A stretch of 64,000 nucleotides of DNA from positions 81,290 to 145,289 of the forward strand of contig JBFXAQ010000002.1 in assembly GCA_050184115.1 (NCBI GenBank), given 5' to 3'. Source of the stretch: Gammaproteobacteria bacterium (GTDB taxonomy: Bacteria > Pseudomonadota > Gammaproteobacteria > Ga0077536). Below the pieces are notes generated by a model. That model had not been told where the DNA came from, searched no databases, and saw nothing but the letters and a program-made list of their open reading frames with translations. This document shows positions 1 to 9,782 of the stretch, piece after piece (position 1 is the first letter of the stretch; every line of letters starts with the position of its first letter). A program made the translations under genes and the position numbers.

Positions 1-384
1 AAGGTCGGCATGAGCGGTACCGATGTCGGCATCAGCTACTTCCTGCCGCGCTCGGTAGGCCAGTCGGTGGCTGCCGAACTGATGATGACCGGGCGCTTCC
101 TCGAACCCGCGCGGGCCGAGCGCCTCGGCCTCGTCTCGGCGGTAGTCGAAGAAGAGCAGCTGGCCGAGACCGGCCGCGCCATGGCCCGCGACATGCTGGC
201 GAGTTCGCCGCTGGGCCTGCGGCTGACCAAGGAAGGGCTCAACATGGCCATCGACGCGCCCAGCCTGGAAGCTGCCGCGGCGCTGGAAGATCGCGGCCAG
301 ATCCTGTGTGCCTCGGCCGGGCTGTTCAGCGAGGGCATCGCCGCCTTCCTCGAGAAGCGACCGGCCGAGTACGGCGACGGCTGA
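1..384 (+). CDS. Enoyl-CoA hydratase/isomerase (crotonase) family protein, C-terminal part. The gene starts upstream of the window.
   Basis: Translation matches the conserved central and C-terminal crotonase-fold region (…LMMTGRF…A..A…GLV…). The frame is open to the window edge, so the M at 10 is internal. Confidence 0.65.
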   Translation, partial: KVGMSGTDVGISYFLPRSVGQSVAAELMMTGRFLEPARAERLGLVSAVVEEEQLAETGRAMARDMLASSPLGLRLTKEGLNMAIDAPSLEAAAALEDRGQILCASAGLFSEGIAAFLEKRPAEYGDG

Positions 385-387
385 GCC

Positions 388-777
388 ATGCCCCTCGACC
401 CGGCCGTCCGCTACCTGAGCCTCGCCACCTACCGGCGCGACGGCCGCGAGGTGCGCACGCCGGTGTGGTTCGTCGTCATCGACGAGCGCTACTACTGCTT
501 CAGTGCCGACGACGCCGGCAAGATCAAGCGCCTGCGCGGCCGCGATCGGGCGGCGATCGCGGCCTGCGACGCCCGCGGCCGTCTGCGCGGCCCGTGGCAC
601 CCCGCGCGCGGCAACCTGGTCAGCGACCCGGCATTGCAACGGCGCGTCTACGCAGCCCTGCGCGCCCGGTACGGCTGGCAGATGGCACTGCTCGACTGGC
701 TGGCGCGCCTCGGCGGGCGCCTCGGTCGCCGCGCGGTCCTCGAGATCGTACCGGCCGGAGACGACACCCACGCTTGA
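388..777 (+). CDS. Pyridoxamine 5'-phosphate oxidase-like (PNPOx/FMN-binding split-barrel) family protein
   Basis: 129 aa. N-terminal 'RRDGREVRTPVWFVV…YYCFSA' resembles small PPOX-class proteins. ATG is 4 nt after the crotonase stop. Confidence 0.55.
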   Translation: MPLDPAVRYLSLATYRRDGREVRTPVWFVVIDERYYCFSADDAGKIKRLRGRDRAAIAACDARGRLRGPWHPARGNLVSDPALQRRVYAALRARYGWQMALLDWLARLGGRLGRRAVLEIVPAGDDTHA

Positions 778-888
778 TCGGGGCCGCGACGCGAGCAGTT
801 CCAACCTTGATAATTCGGTGTAATAATCTCCCCTAACTATAGGAATTATCTCGTTTCACATCCGAGATCGCCCAAGGGGAGGGACAGG

Positions 889-2748
889 GTGGACATCGAA
901 TCCCGGCTGCGCCGCTGCCTGCCACTCAACCGCCTGCCGCAAGGCCTGCAAAACAAGGCTGTCGCACTCGCCACCCTGCGTCACTACGCGCGCGGCGAGA
1001 CGGTCTACCTCCAGGACGCCAGTGACGACCGCGTGCACTACCTGGTCGCCGGCGGCGTCGAACTGGTCTGGCACGGCCGGGTCACGCGGACCCTGTCGGC
1101 CGCGCACCAGGCGGCGCTCGGCGCCCTCGATCCGCCGGGGCGCAAGCGTTACACCGTGCGCGCCGACCAGCCCACCACCATCGCCTCGTTCCGGCGCATC
1201 GAACTCGACCGCCTGTCCGAGCAGGCCGAACGCGAACGGACGACGAGCGAACTCGAGGTCAGCGAAATCACCAGCGCGCGCTCGTCCGACTGGATGATTC
1301 GACTGTTGCAGTCGGAACTGTTCGCCGCCCTGCCGGCGCGCAACATCCAGCAGATCTTCGCGCGCATGGAATCCCTGACCCAGCACGCCGGTGACGTCAT
1401 CGTCGTCCAGGGCAGCCCGGGCGATTACTACTACGTCATCGAGAGCGGTTACTGCGAGGTAGCGCGGACAATCGCCGGCGGTCGCGGCCAGGTCCAGCTC
1501 GCCGAGCTCGGGCCGGGTGCCGCGTTCGGCGAGGAAGCCCTGATCGCCGGGCGCCCGCGCAATGCCTCGGTGACGATGCTCACCGAGGGGCGCCTGATGC
1601 GCCTGGCGCGGACCGATTTCATCGAACTGATCCTGCGCGAAGTCCTGCATCCGCTCGACCTCGCAGCCGCCATCGCCGCCGTCGACGACGGCGCGGTATG
1701 GCTCGACGTCCGCTACCCGGAAGACCGCGGCAGCGGCAGCTTCGCCGGGGCCGAGAACATTCCGGTCAACATGTTGCGGCTGCACTGCAACCGCCTGCGT
1801 AAGGATTTCCACTACGTACTGTGCGGAGACGATGCCGAGCACACCGCGATCGCGGCCTTCCTGCTCGCCGAGCGTGGTTTCGATGTCGCTTACCTCGACC
1901 TCGGCATCGCCACTGCGCTGGCGCAGGAACCCGCCCTGCTCGAACCGGCCGCGCGGCAACCCAGCGCGACGGTGATCTACCTGCCCGGCAGCGCCGCCGG
2001 GCACGACGCCGCGGACGCCACGATCGTCACGCCAGGCGACAACGACCAGACCGGCATGGCAGCCGGCAGCGATGACAGCCCGCTCGACAACACCATCACC
2101 CGTATCGCGGGTCTGTACACGCACGCGGAGGCTGCACGGAAGATGAACGACACCCTGGAACCCGACAAGTACGCCGACACCGCGAGCGGACGCGCGCTGG
2201 CCGACATCATCGAGGAACTGACCGAACAGCACGACGCGCTCGAGGACCGCGGGGCGGCCGTCGAGGCCACCGGGCACGATCTCGACCTCGACCTGTCACG
2301 GTCGCAAACCGCAGCCGATACCGCCTTCCCCGGGTCCCTGCTCGCCGAATTCGGCGCGCGCATCCAGGCCGAGGTAGAGCGCCAGGTGCAAACCCGCGCC
2401 AGCACCATCGAGGCTGGCTACCGCGACAAGCTCAAGCGCATGCGCGCACTGACGAACGCCGAGATCCGCCACCGCGAAGCCGCCATCCGCCGCACCGTGG
2501 CGCGCGAGAACGACGACAAGGAACAGCTCCTGCGCAGCTACTACAAGAAGCTGATGGCGCTGGCCAACAGCATCAGTCGCCAGAAAGCGCAGCTGGTGGA
2601 GGCGCGTCGCCAGTTCGAGCACAAGCTCGCCTCGGCCGACCAGCTCTACCGTGACATCGAGGACATGCGCCGCATGCTCGACGAGCAGATCAGCTACCTC
2701 GATCAGCAGCCGATCGAGGAGCCGCCGCGCCTGTCGCTGTCCCTGTGA
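889..2748 (+). CDS. Signalling protein with tandem cyclic-nucleotide-binding domains, a rhodanese-like domain and a C-terminal coiled-coil
   Basis: Two cNMP-binding motifs (…GETVYLQDA…; FGEEALIAGRPRNASV…) followed by a rhodanese fold (…LDVRYPEDRGSGSFAGAENIP…VLCGDDAEHTAIAAFLLAERGFDVAYLDLG) and a long charged helical tail. GTG start preceded by GGGAGGG, with an AT-rich promoter-like stretch at about 800-850. Confidence 0.75.
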   Translation: MDIESRLRRCLPLNRLPQGLQNKAVALATLRHYARGETVYLQDASDDRVHYLVAGGVELVWHGRVTRTLSAAHQAALGALDPPGRKRYTVRADQPTTIASFRRIELDRLSEQAERERTTSELEVSEITSARSSDWMIRLLQSELFAALPARNIQQIFARMESLTQHAGDVIVVQGSPGDYYYVIESGYCEVARTIAGGRGQVQLAELGPGAAFGEEALIAGRPRNASVTMLTEGRLMRLARTDFIELILREVLHPLDLAAAIAAVDDGAVWLDVRYPEDRGSGSFAGAENIPVNMLRLHCNRLRKDFHYVLCGDDAEHTAIAAFLLAERGFDVAYLDLGIATALAQEPALLEPAARQPSATVIYLPGSAAGHDAADATIVTPGDNDQTGMAAGSDDSPLDNTITRIAGLYTHAEAARKMNDTLEPDKYADTASGRALADIIEELTEQHDALEDRGAAVEATGHDLDLDLSRSQTAADTAFPGSLLAEFGARIQAEVERQVQTRASTIEAGYRDKLKRMRALTNAEIRHREAAIRRTVARENDDKEQLLRSYYKKLMALANSISRQKAQLVEARRQFEHKLASADQLYRDIEDMRRMLDEQISYLDQQPIEEPPRLSLSL

Positions 2749-2767
2749 GAAGAGCGCGCCGGGGCGC

Positions 2768-3784
2768 TCAGGCGTGGATGGCCTGGACCAGTTCGCTCCA
2801 GCGCGTGAAATTGCCCTCCCCGCCCATGGTCATGTACAGCGACACGCGATCGAGTACGCCGTCGTAGCGTTCGCGTAGCCGGCGACCGACCGCGGTCGGC
2901 TTGTCGACGATGGCGACGTGCTCGAGGAAATCCTCGGGGATCGCCGCCGCCATTTCGTCCATGCGGCCTTCGCGCATGAGCCCGTTGAGCTGGCGCGCGA
3001 GCGCGCCGTGGCCGTGGTACTCCAGTACCGCCGCGTAGCTCGGCGTCGAGCCGTAGAACGACACCTGCCGCCGCACCATGCGCTCCATCTCGTCCATCTC
3101 GGCCTGCGTTTCGCCGGTGATGACGAAAACCGGCGAGTAGAGTTCGAGATCCGCGACGGTGCGACCCTCCTTGCGCGCACCGGCATCGAGCGCCGGCCGC
3201 ACGACGTCGCGCAGGTAGCCGACCGAATGCATGGGATGGACGTGGAAACCGTCGGCGACCTCGCCCGCGGCCTGGCACATGCGCTCGTTGACGCCGGCGA
3301 GGTAGACGGGGATGCGTGGGTGGTCGATCGGACCGCCGGTGAAGAAATCGTTGATCACCTTGAAACGGTAGAACGGCCCGTCGTAGTTCGGCCGCGTACC
3401 GTTCTGGAACGTATCCCAGATGGCTCGTACGCAGCGGATGTAATCGGTGACGCGCGCCGCCGGGTGATCGAAAGGCATGGAGAAGCGGCGTTCGATGTGC
3501 GCCCGGACCTGGGTGCCGAGACCGAGGCGCATGCGGCCGCCCGAATCGCGCTGCAGGTCCCACGCGATCTGCGCCATGGAGAACGGCGAGCGCGCGAAAG
3601 CGACGGCGATATTGGTGCCGATCTCGAGGCGGCTGGTGGCGGCGGCGGCATGGGCGAGCGGCAGGAACGCGTCGCTGCGGGCTTCGAAGGTCCAGGCGCA
3701 ATCGAAGCCCTGGGCTTCGAACTCGCGCGCCTGCGCGGCGACGGTGGCCGGCGCCGCGGCGGCCAGCAGGGTATCGATTTTCAT
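2768..3784 (-). CDS. Luciferase-like (LLM class) flavin/F420-dependent oxidoreductase
   Basis: 339-aa translation from the internal ATG (MKIDTLLAAAAPA…) has the LLM TIM-barrel pattern. The upstream 150 aa of the longer ORF is Arg/Gly-rich junk overlapping the neighbouring gene. GGAG lies 7 nt before the ATG. Confidence 0.7.
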   Translation of the reverse strand: MKIDTLLAAAAPATVAAQAREFEAQGFDCAWTFEARSDAFLPLAHAAAATSRLEIGTNIAVAFARSPFSMAQIAWDLQRDSGGRMRLGLGTQVRAHIERRFSMPFDHPAARVTDYIRCVRAIWDTFQNGTRPNYDGPFYRFKVINDFFTGGPIDHPRIPVYLAGVNERMCQAAGEVADGFHVHPMHSVGYLRDVVRPALDAGARKEGRTVADLELYSPVFVITGETQAEMDEMERMVRRQVSFYGSTPSYAAVLEYHGHGALARQLNGLMREGRMDEMAAAIPEDFLEHVAIVDKPTAVGRRLRERYDGVLDRVSLYMTMGGEGNFTRWSELVQAIHA

Positions 3785-3837
3785 GGTTGGCTCCGTGATG
3801 GATGCAGACGACGGCCGATGTGCGGCCGGGTTTGGAT

Positions 3838-4914
3838 TCAAGCCGCGGTACCACCCTCCACCGGGTAGCCCTGCGCGCGCCAGCGCAGCATGCCGCCGGC
3901 GAGGTTGGCCACGGCGCTCAGGCCGGCGCGCTTGAGCACGACCGTGGCGTGGGCCGAGCGGCCACCGGCGCGGCACACCGCGACGACCGGACGCTCGCGG
4001 TCGATTTCGTCCAACCGCTGCGCGAGTTCGGCCAGCGGGATGAGCCGCGCGCCGCGAATGTGACCGAGCGGCCCGCTGAATTCGTCCGCTTCGCGCACGT
4101 CGATGATCTGGACCTGCTCGCCGCACTCCTCGAGCCAGGGCGGTTCGACCTCCCAGATGCCGGCGAAGGTATAGCGTAGCGGCGCCCAATCCGGCGCCGC
4201 CGCGGGCACCGCCCCGTCGGCCGGCCGGCCGCACTGGAGGTTGGCCGGCAGGGCGACGTCGATCTTGCGCGGATGGGGCAGGCCGAGGTTGGCCATGTAG
4301 CCGATGAAGTCGCTCTCCGAGATATCGCCGCCGAGACGCGGGTTGTAGCGTTTCTCCTCGCCGACACTGGTCATCGTGAGACCGTTGTAGTCGTGGGCCG
4401 GGTAGAGGCGGGTCTGCTCTGGCAGGGCCAGGATCTGCGTGCGCACGGAGCGGTACAGGCGTGCCGGATCGCCTTGTTGGAAGTCGGTGCGCCCGCAGGA
4501 CCGGATCAGCAACGCGTCACCGGTGAAAGCCATGGATTCGTCGTCGAGCACGTAGGTCACGCAACCGTCGGTATGGCCGGGGGTCTCGCGGACCTCGAGG
4601 TAGCGCTCCCCGAACGCCACCCGCTCGCCGTGAGCGAGGTAACGGTCAGCACCCTCGACACCGCTGCGGGCCGAAATGCCGATCATCGCGCCGGTACGTT
4701 GCTTGAGCAGCCAGGCGCTGGTCACATGGTCGGCATGACAGTGGGTGTCGAGCACGCAGCGGAGTTCGAGGCCGAGTTCGCGCAGCAGCGCGCTGTCGCG
4801 TTCGACCTGCTCGAATACCGGGTCGATGATGACGGCCTGGCCGGACGCATCGTCGCCCAGCAGGTAGGTGTAGGTGGAGGATTCCTGGTCGAACAACTGG
4901 CGAAAGACGAGCAT
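3838..4914 (-). CDS. Persulfide dioxygenase (ETHE1-like MBL fold) fused to a C-terminal rhodanese domain
   Basis: N-terminus has the MBL metal-binding motifs (HxHxDH…, …TPGHT…). C-terminus is a rhodanese domain with active-site Cys (…VAVCRAGGRS…). This architecture is known from CstB/Blh-type PDO-sulfurtransferase fusions. Confidence 0.8.
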   Translation of the reverse strand: MLVFRQLFDQESSTYTYLLGDDASGQAVIIDPVFEQVERDSALLRELGLELRCVLDTHCHADHVTSAWLLKQRTGAMIGISARSGVEGADRYLAHGERVAFGERYLEVRETPGHTDGCVTYVLDDESMAFTGDALLIRSCGRTDFQQGDPARLYRSVRTQILALPEQTRLYPAHDYNGLTMTSVGEEKRYNPRLGGDISESDFIGYMANLGLPHPRKIDVALPANLQCGRPADGAVPAAAPDWAPLRYTFAGIWEVEPPWLEECGEQVQIIDVREADEFSGPLGHIRGARLIPLAELAQRLDEIDRERPVVAVCRAGGRSAHATVVLKRAGLSAVANLAGGMLRWRAQGYPVEGGTAA

Positions 4915-5001
4915 GAGAGAGCATCCAGACTGCGCGAAGCGGCAGCGGCGATTCTATGCAAGTCGGCGCCGGCGGGAAACGGCGCGCCGGCCGCTCTCCG
5001 C

Positions 5002-5658
5002 TCAACCGCGTGGTTTGCGCGCGGCGCCGTCTAGCTTGTTGAGGTAACGGTTGAGAGAGAGCAGGAGGTCGAGGCCGCCACCGCCGGCGATGAGTCGCTC
5101 GGCCGTGACCTCGAGACGTTCCTGGTGGCTGCGCGCCATGTAGCGCAGCACTTCGAAAGCCTCGCTGTCGGAGAGGCCGAACCGCTCCATCACGATACCG
5201 ACGGCGATACTGATCGACTTGCGATCCTCGAAGTCCGACGACAGTCGCTCGACCGATTTGAGCAGCTTGCCCATCTCGCTCGACCGCGACACGGCCGTCT
5301 CGACCGCGGCGATGAGCTGCTCCATGCCGACCGGCTTGATCAGGTAGGTCAGCGCGCCGCCGCGTGCGGCCCGCTGGTAGGCCTCGGCCTCGGTCTGGCC
5401 GGTCAGGTGAATGTAGGGCAACGCGTACTCGGCCATCAGTCCGTGGCCGAATTCGACGCCGTCGGCATCGGGCAGACCGATGTCCACGATCGCGAGGTCG
5501 AAAGCCCGCTCGCCGAGATGCTTGCGCGCCTCGGCTGCGCTGTGGGCCGTGGTCACTTCGTAACCGGCCATGCGCAGGGCCTGGGTGACGAAGCGCAGCA
5601 GTGGTTCGTCGTCCTCGACGACGAGAATCGCGGGCACGGACTTCTTCGAATTCGGCAT
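5002..5658 (-). CDS. Response regulator, receiver domain plus ANTAR RNA-binding antiterminator output domain
   Basis: REC domain (…LVVEDDEPL…D…) followed by an ANTAR motif (…ISIAVGIVMERFGLSDSEAFEVLRYMARSHQERLEVTAERLI…). Sits immediately downstream of the PAS kinase. Confidence 0.8.
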   Translation of the reverse strand: MPNSKKSVPAILVVEDDEPLLRFVTQALRMAGYEVTTAHSAAEARKHLGERAFDLAIVDIGLPDADGVEFGHGLMAEYALPYIHLTGQTEAEAYQRAARGGALTYLIKPVGMEQLIAAVETAVSRSSEMGKLLKSVERLSSDFEDRKSISIAVGIVMERFGLSDSEAFEVLRYMARSHQERLEVTAERLIAGGGGLDLLLSLNRYLNKLDGAARKPRG

Positions 5659-5853
5659 GGCTGCTACCACTCGCGCGTCAGTGGGCCCGGGCGGCGACGG
5701 CGGCCGCGAAACCGGCTCGGTCGCGCGGTCGTGGCGGGTGTCGCGTAACGGGTCGGCGAGCGGCGGAGAGGGTCGCCCGGTGGCGCCGGCGGGGCGGGGC
5801 CGGCGCGGCCATCATGCCCAACGCACCGGGGGCGATCAAGGCGCGGCCGGACC

Positions 5854-8800
5854 TCATGTCGCCGGCAATTCCAGCCAGAATGTCGCGCCCTCGCCCGGAC
5901 GACCACGCGCGCCGATGGTCCCGCCCATGGCCTCCGCCAACTGCTTGCTGAGCGCGAGGCCGAGTCCGACCCCCTCGCTCGATGACCGCGCGTATTCCAG
6001 GCGTCGAAACGGGACGAACAGCTGCGCGAGTTCCGTATCGCTGAGGCCCGGTCCGGTGTCGGTCACACTCAGTCGTAGCACGTGCTCGTGAACGCGCTGC
6101 ACCTCGACGGTCACGGCGCCGCCATCGACGTTGTACTTGATGGCGTTGCTGAGCAGGTTGAGCAGGATCTGGCGGATCCGCGTGCGATCGGCAATGGCGT
6201 GGTGCGGTTGCCCGTTCTCCGAACCGCGACGGCGGAGCGTGATGCGACGGAGCATGGCCTGGGACTGGACCATGGAGATGCATTCCATGACCACGCCGTC
6301 GAGATCCACCGCTTCGAGTTCGATGCGCAGCTGGCCCATTTCGATGCGGGTCAGGTCGAGCATCTCGTCGACGATTGCGAGCAGGTGTCGGCCGGCACCG
6401 AGGATCTCGCCGACATTCTCGCGCTGCCCGGACGACAGCGCCGGCTCCGGTTCCACCAGCAGCAACTGGGCGAACCCCAGCACGGCGTTGAGCGGCGTGC
6501 GCAACTCGTGGCTCATGCGCGAAAGAAACTCCGACTTCGTGCGGCTGGCGCTCTCGGCCTCTTCCTTGAGGCGACGCAGTTCGATCACGCTGCGCGCATC
6601 GGTGACGTCCTCGGTGAAGCCCGCGATACGGACCAGTGCGCCATCGTCCGTGCGGATGGGGAACGCCCGGGTGTGCAACCAGCGCGGCTCACCGTCCCGA
6701 CGCACGATGCGGTACTCGACGTCGACCGCGCCCGTTGTGAGCAGGGTGATGCGGGCTCGACGGGTCTGCTCGACATCCGCCTCGTGCAGGGCGTCGAGCC
6801 ACGGCACGGCATCCCGCGCCTGCTCGACGGGATAGCCCCAGATCCGCTGGTAGCCATGACCGACGTAGATGACCTCGCCGCGTCGCGCATCCATCAGCCA
6901 GAACAGATCGCGGGTGTTGTCGGTGATCTGGCGCAACATCGCCTCGCTCGCCGCCAGCGCCATCTCGGCCTGTTTGCGTGGCGTGATGTCCGTCGTCAAT
7001 CCGGCCACCAGCACTGCCGCGGAATTGCTACCCGGGACGACGTGGGCCTTTTCCAGCACCCAACGCTCGCCACCGTCGGGGCGGATGATGCGGTACTCGG
7101 CTTCGTAGTCGCGACCGGTGACGAGTCCTTCGAAACGCGGCGCCATGCGCTCGCGGTCATCCGGATGCACCCACGCGAGCCAGGCCCCGGGGTCACCTCC
7201 AGCGTGCTCGATGTCGCGGCCATAGATCGAGGCGAAACCCGGGCTCACGTACATCGACTCGGGGCGGCCGACCTCGATCAGCCAGAACACGTCGTCGATC
7301 GTTTCCGTGATCCGGCGCAGGCGTTCCTCGCTGTCCTTCAGCGCTTGTTCCGCCGCCTTCTGCGCCGTGATGTCGCGCACGAGGCCGACCATGCGCGCCG
7401 GACGGCCGTCGTCGTGACGCTCGACCCGGGCTTGCGACAGCAAGTTGAGCACGCGACCGCTGGCCAGGCGGGCACGGTGTTCGACGTCGTAGTCCTGCTC
7501 ACCGCGCAGGGCGAGTTCGACCCGCCGCAGGACATAATCGCGGTCGTCCGGATGGACGAACTCCGCGTACGTCTCTGTGTCAATCGTCAGCTCGGCTTGT
7601 TCGATCTCGAACAGGCGGCGCAGCTGGCGCGACCAGTAGATCGCTCCCGTATCGACATCGAGTTCCCACAGGCCGAGCTGACCGGCACGCTGCGCCTCGG
7701 CGAGTCGCCGGCCGTGGCGGTCGAGCGCAGCCTGCTGGGCGACGCTGTCACTGATGTCGCTGAGCACACTGGCGAGGCGGATTCCGCCACCGTCGGGCGT
7801 GCGCACCACATCAGCCTTGTCGTGGATCCAGCGCGGTTCACCGCTGCTATCGACGACGCGGTAACGCGCCTCGAAACCACCGCGGGTGAGAGTGCCGGTA
7901 AACTGCTCACGTACGCCTTCGCGGTCATCCGGGTGTACGACGTCGAGCCAGGACTGCACGGCGCGCGCGGTTGGCCACATGCGCTCGACCCCGGGGCTCG
8001 CATACAGCCATTGGCGCCGTTCGGGGTCGCTCAGCAGGAATCCCTGGCTGCTGCCTTCGGTGATCTGCCTGAGCAGCACTTCCTGCTCGCGCACCGCGCG
8101 CAAGGCGAGCACGGAATCGGTGACGTCCATCGCGAAGGCGATGAACCCGCGCTGCGCGCCGTCCTCGCACAGCGGCTTGAACTCGACGTGGTAGTAGCCC
8201 GGGCCGTCATGCCCGATGCGCCTGCCGATGACGTGGCCGCGCACGGCGACCGGGCGGCCGCCGAGAACCACCTCGAGCGACGAGGCAATCTGCGTCACGA
8301 CTTCGCGCGGGAACAGCGCGTCGAGGCGCCGGCCCGTCAACGTCGCCGCCGCGGCCCCCATCCACTCGACGAAAGTGTCGTTGGCAAAAACCAGACGGGT
8401 CTCCATGTCGTAGACCGCGAGCAGCGCTGGAACGGTGTCGATGATGTTGCGGATCTCGGCCTCGGCGTGGCGTTGGGCGTTCTCGGCGGCGAGCTGTTCG
8501 GTGACGTCCTCCATCAGCGCGACGAAGCCACCGTCGACACGTGCCGCATCGGGGACGAGGTGGACCCGCAACGTCCGCTCGGGATTGGCGAAGTGCGGGT
8601 TGTGCCGCGGGTAGTCGAAACGCAGGAACTCGCCCGCGGCGGCTCGCCGCAGCAGCGGTCCGGTCAATTCGAACACCGGCCCGACGACCTCCTCAACGGC
8701 ACGCCCGACGAACCAGGCACGCGGCTTGCGGTACCACTCCTCGAAACGGCGATTGACGTAGCGGTAGCGCAGATCGCTGTCGATATAGGCGACCAAGGCC

Positions 8801-9624
8801 GGCAGGTGATCGGCAACCGCCTGCATTTCCCACTGTGCCTGCGTCGCCGCGGCCTCCGCACGGCGGCGCTCGGTGATGTCCTCGTAGAGCGCAAACACAC
8901 CGTCGACTCCGCCACCGGCCCGACGATCGGGGACGAGGTGGCAGACCAGGTGCCGATCACCGGCGTCCTCCGGCATGCTGCGGACGAACTCGAAGGACTG
9001 GTCATGTCCGCGCAGCGCCTCGCCGATGTAGGGCGCGATGGTCTCGAAGGTATCGCCGCTGACGACGTCGGCAATCAAGCGCCCGACGAACCACTCACGC
9101 GGGCGCCCCAGCCAGGTCTCGTAGCGGGCGTTGACGAAGCGGTAGCGCCAGTCGCGGTCGTAGTAGGCGATGAACACCGGCAGCCGATCGACCAGCAAGC
9201 CGACATCGTGCAGCAGGTCATCCGGGTTGCGGAACGGCACCGCCGGCCGCGCGGGCTGGACGCCGAGGGAGACGATCAGCCCCGGCCCGTTCGGCAGGGA
9301 ACAGGCGGCGAGCCGAACCTGGAGAATGTCACCGGAGCCGGCCGGCGGTGTCGCCAAGGTGACCTCGACTTCGCGCTCGGCGCCGCCGAGCACGCGCTCG
9401 CAGTCGGCGAGCGGCAAACCGGGCAGCAGCGTGGTCAGCAGCTGGCCCCGAGACACCGCCGGTGTCCGTTGCAGCAGACGCGCGGCGTGCCCGTTGACGC
9501 GCCGGATCCCGAGGTCGGCCGCGACCAGCACCAGGGCGACCGGTGCGGCTTCGAACCAGTCGTCACCGGCGTCGGCCACCTCCCTGAAATGCACCACGCG
9601 CGGCCCGGGCAATTCGCTGTTCAT
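5854..9624 (-). CDS. Soluble multi-PAS sensor histidine kinase (about 7 PAS/PAC repeats, HisKA, HATPase_c)
   Basis: 1256 aa from MNSELPG… (AGGAAG 8 nt upstream). Seven repeats each end in a D[IV]T[DE]…K/R PAC signature. HisKA H-box is SHELRTPLNAVLGF. C-terminal ATPase G-boxes present. No transmembrane segments. Confidence 0.85.
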   Translation of the reverse strand: MNSELPGPRVVHFREVADAGDDWFEAAPVALVLVAADLGIRRVNGHAARLLQRTPAVSRGQLLTTLLPGLPLADCERVLGGAEREVEVTLATPPAGSGDILQVRLAACSLPNGPGLIVSLGVQPARPAVPFRNPDDLLHDVGLLVDRLPVFIAYYDRDWRYRFVNARYETWLGRPREWFVGRLIADVVSGDTFETIAPYIGEALRGHDQSFEFVRSMPEDAGDRHLVCHLVPDRRAGGGVDGVFALYEDITERRRAEAAATQAQWEMQAVADHLPALVAYIDSDLRYRYVNRRFEEWYRKPRAWFVGRAVEEVVGPVFELTGPLLRRAAAGEFLRFDYPRHNPHFANPERTLRVHLVPDAARVDGGFVALMEDVTEQLAAENAQRHAEAEIRNIIDTVPALLAVYDMETRLVFANDTFVEWMGAAAATLTGRRLDALFPREVVTQIASSLEVVLGGRPVAVRGHVIGRRIGHDGPGYYHVEFKPLCEDGAQRGFIAFAMDVTDSVLALRAVREQEVLLRQITEGSSQGFLLSDPERRQWLYASPGVERMWPTARAVQSWLDVVHPDDREGVREQFTGTLTRGGFEARYRVVDSSGEPRWIHDKADVVRTPDGGGIRLASVLSDISDSVAQQAALDRHGRRLAEAQRAGQLGLWELDVDTGAIYWSRQLRRLFEIEQAELTIDTETYAEFVHPDDRDYVLRRVELALRGEQDYDVEHRARLASGRVLNLLSQARVERHDDGRPARMVGLVRDITAQKAAEQALKDSEERLRRITETIDDVFWLIEVGRPESMYVSPGFASIYGRDIEHAGGDPGAWLAWVHPDDRERMAPRFEGLVTGRDYEAEYRIIRPDGGERWVLEKAHVVPGSNSAAVLVAGLTTDITPRKQAEMALAASEAMLRQITDNTRDLFWLMDARRGEVIYVGHGYQRIWGYPVEQARDAVPWLDALHEADVEQTRRARITLLTTGAVDVEYRIVRRDGEPRWLHTRAFPIRTDDGALVRIAGFTEDVTDARSVIELRRLKEEAESASRTKSEFLSRMSHELRTPLNAVLGFAQLLLVEPEPALSSGQRENVGEILGAGRHLLAIVDEMLDLTRIEMGQLRIELEAVDLDGVVMECISMVQSQAMLRRITLRRRGSENGQPHHAIADRTRIRQILLNLLSNAIKYNVDGGAVTVEVQRVHEHVLRLSVTDTGPGLSDTELAQLFVPFRRLEYARSSSEGVGLGLALSKQLAEAMGGTIGARGRPGEGATFWLELPAT

Positions 9625-9782
9625 CGGTCGAGCTTCCTGGCCTGCTGCCGCCGGAGCGGTTCCCGCAGACGGCAGTGGCCGTGTATCATCGCCGCGCGCC
9701 GAGCCGACGGCAACCGACCCCAACGCGTGGGGCGCTGTCGCGAAGCACCCTCGACGCAATCCATGCCTTCAACTTCAGCGCC

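Noticed and set aside
2703-4234. Overlapping minus-strand ORFs 2703..3854 and the N-terminal 150 aa of 2768..4234
   Set aside because: Only the frame encoding MKIDTLL… (LLM oxidoreductase) has a coherent fold signature. The alternative frame and the N-terminal extension are Arg-rich and overlap the neighbouring PDO gene.
5659-5670. GTG start of the ANTAR regulator at 5670
   Set aside because: The ATG at 5658 (MPNSKKS…) gives a receiver-domain N-terminus of normal length. Neither start has a strong RBS, so the choice is uncertain.
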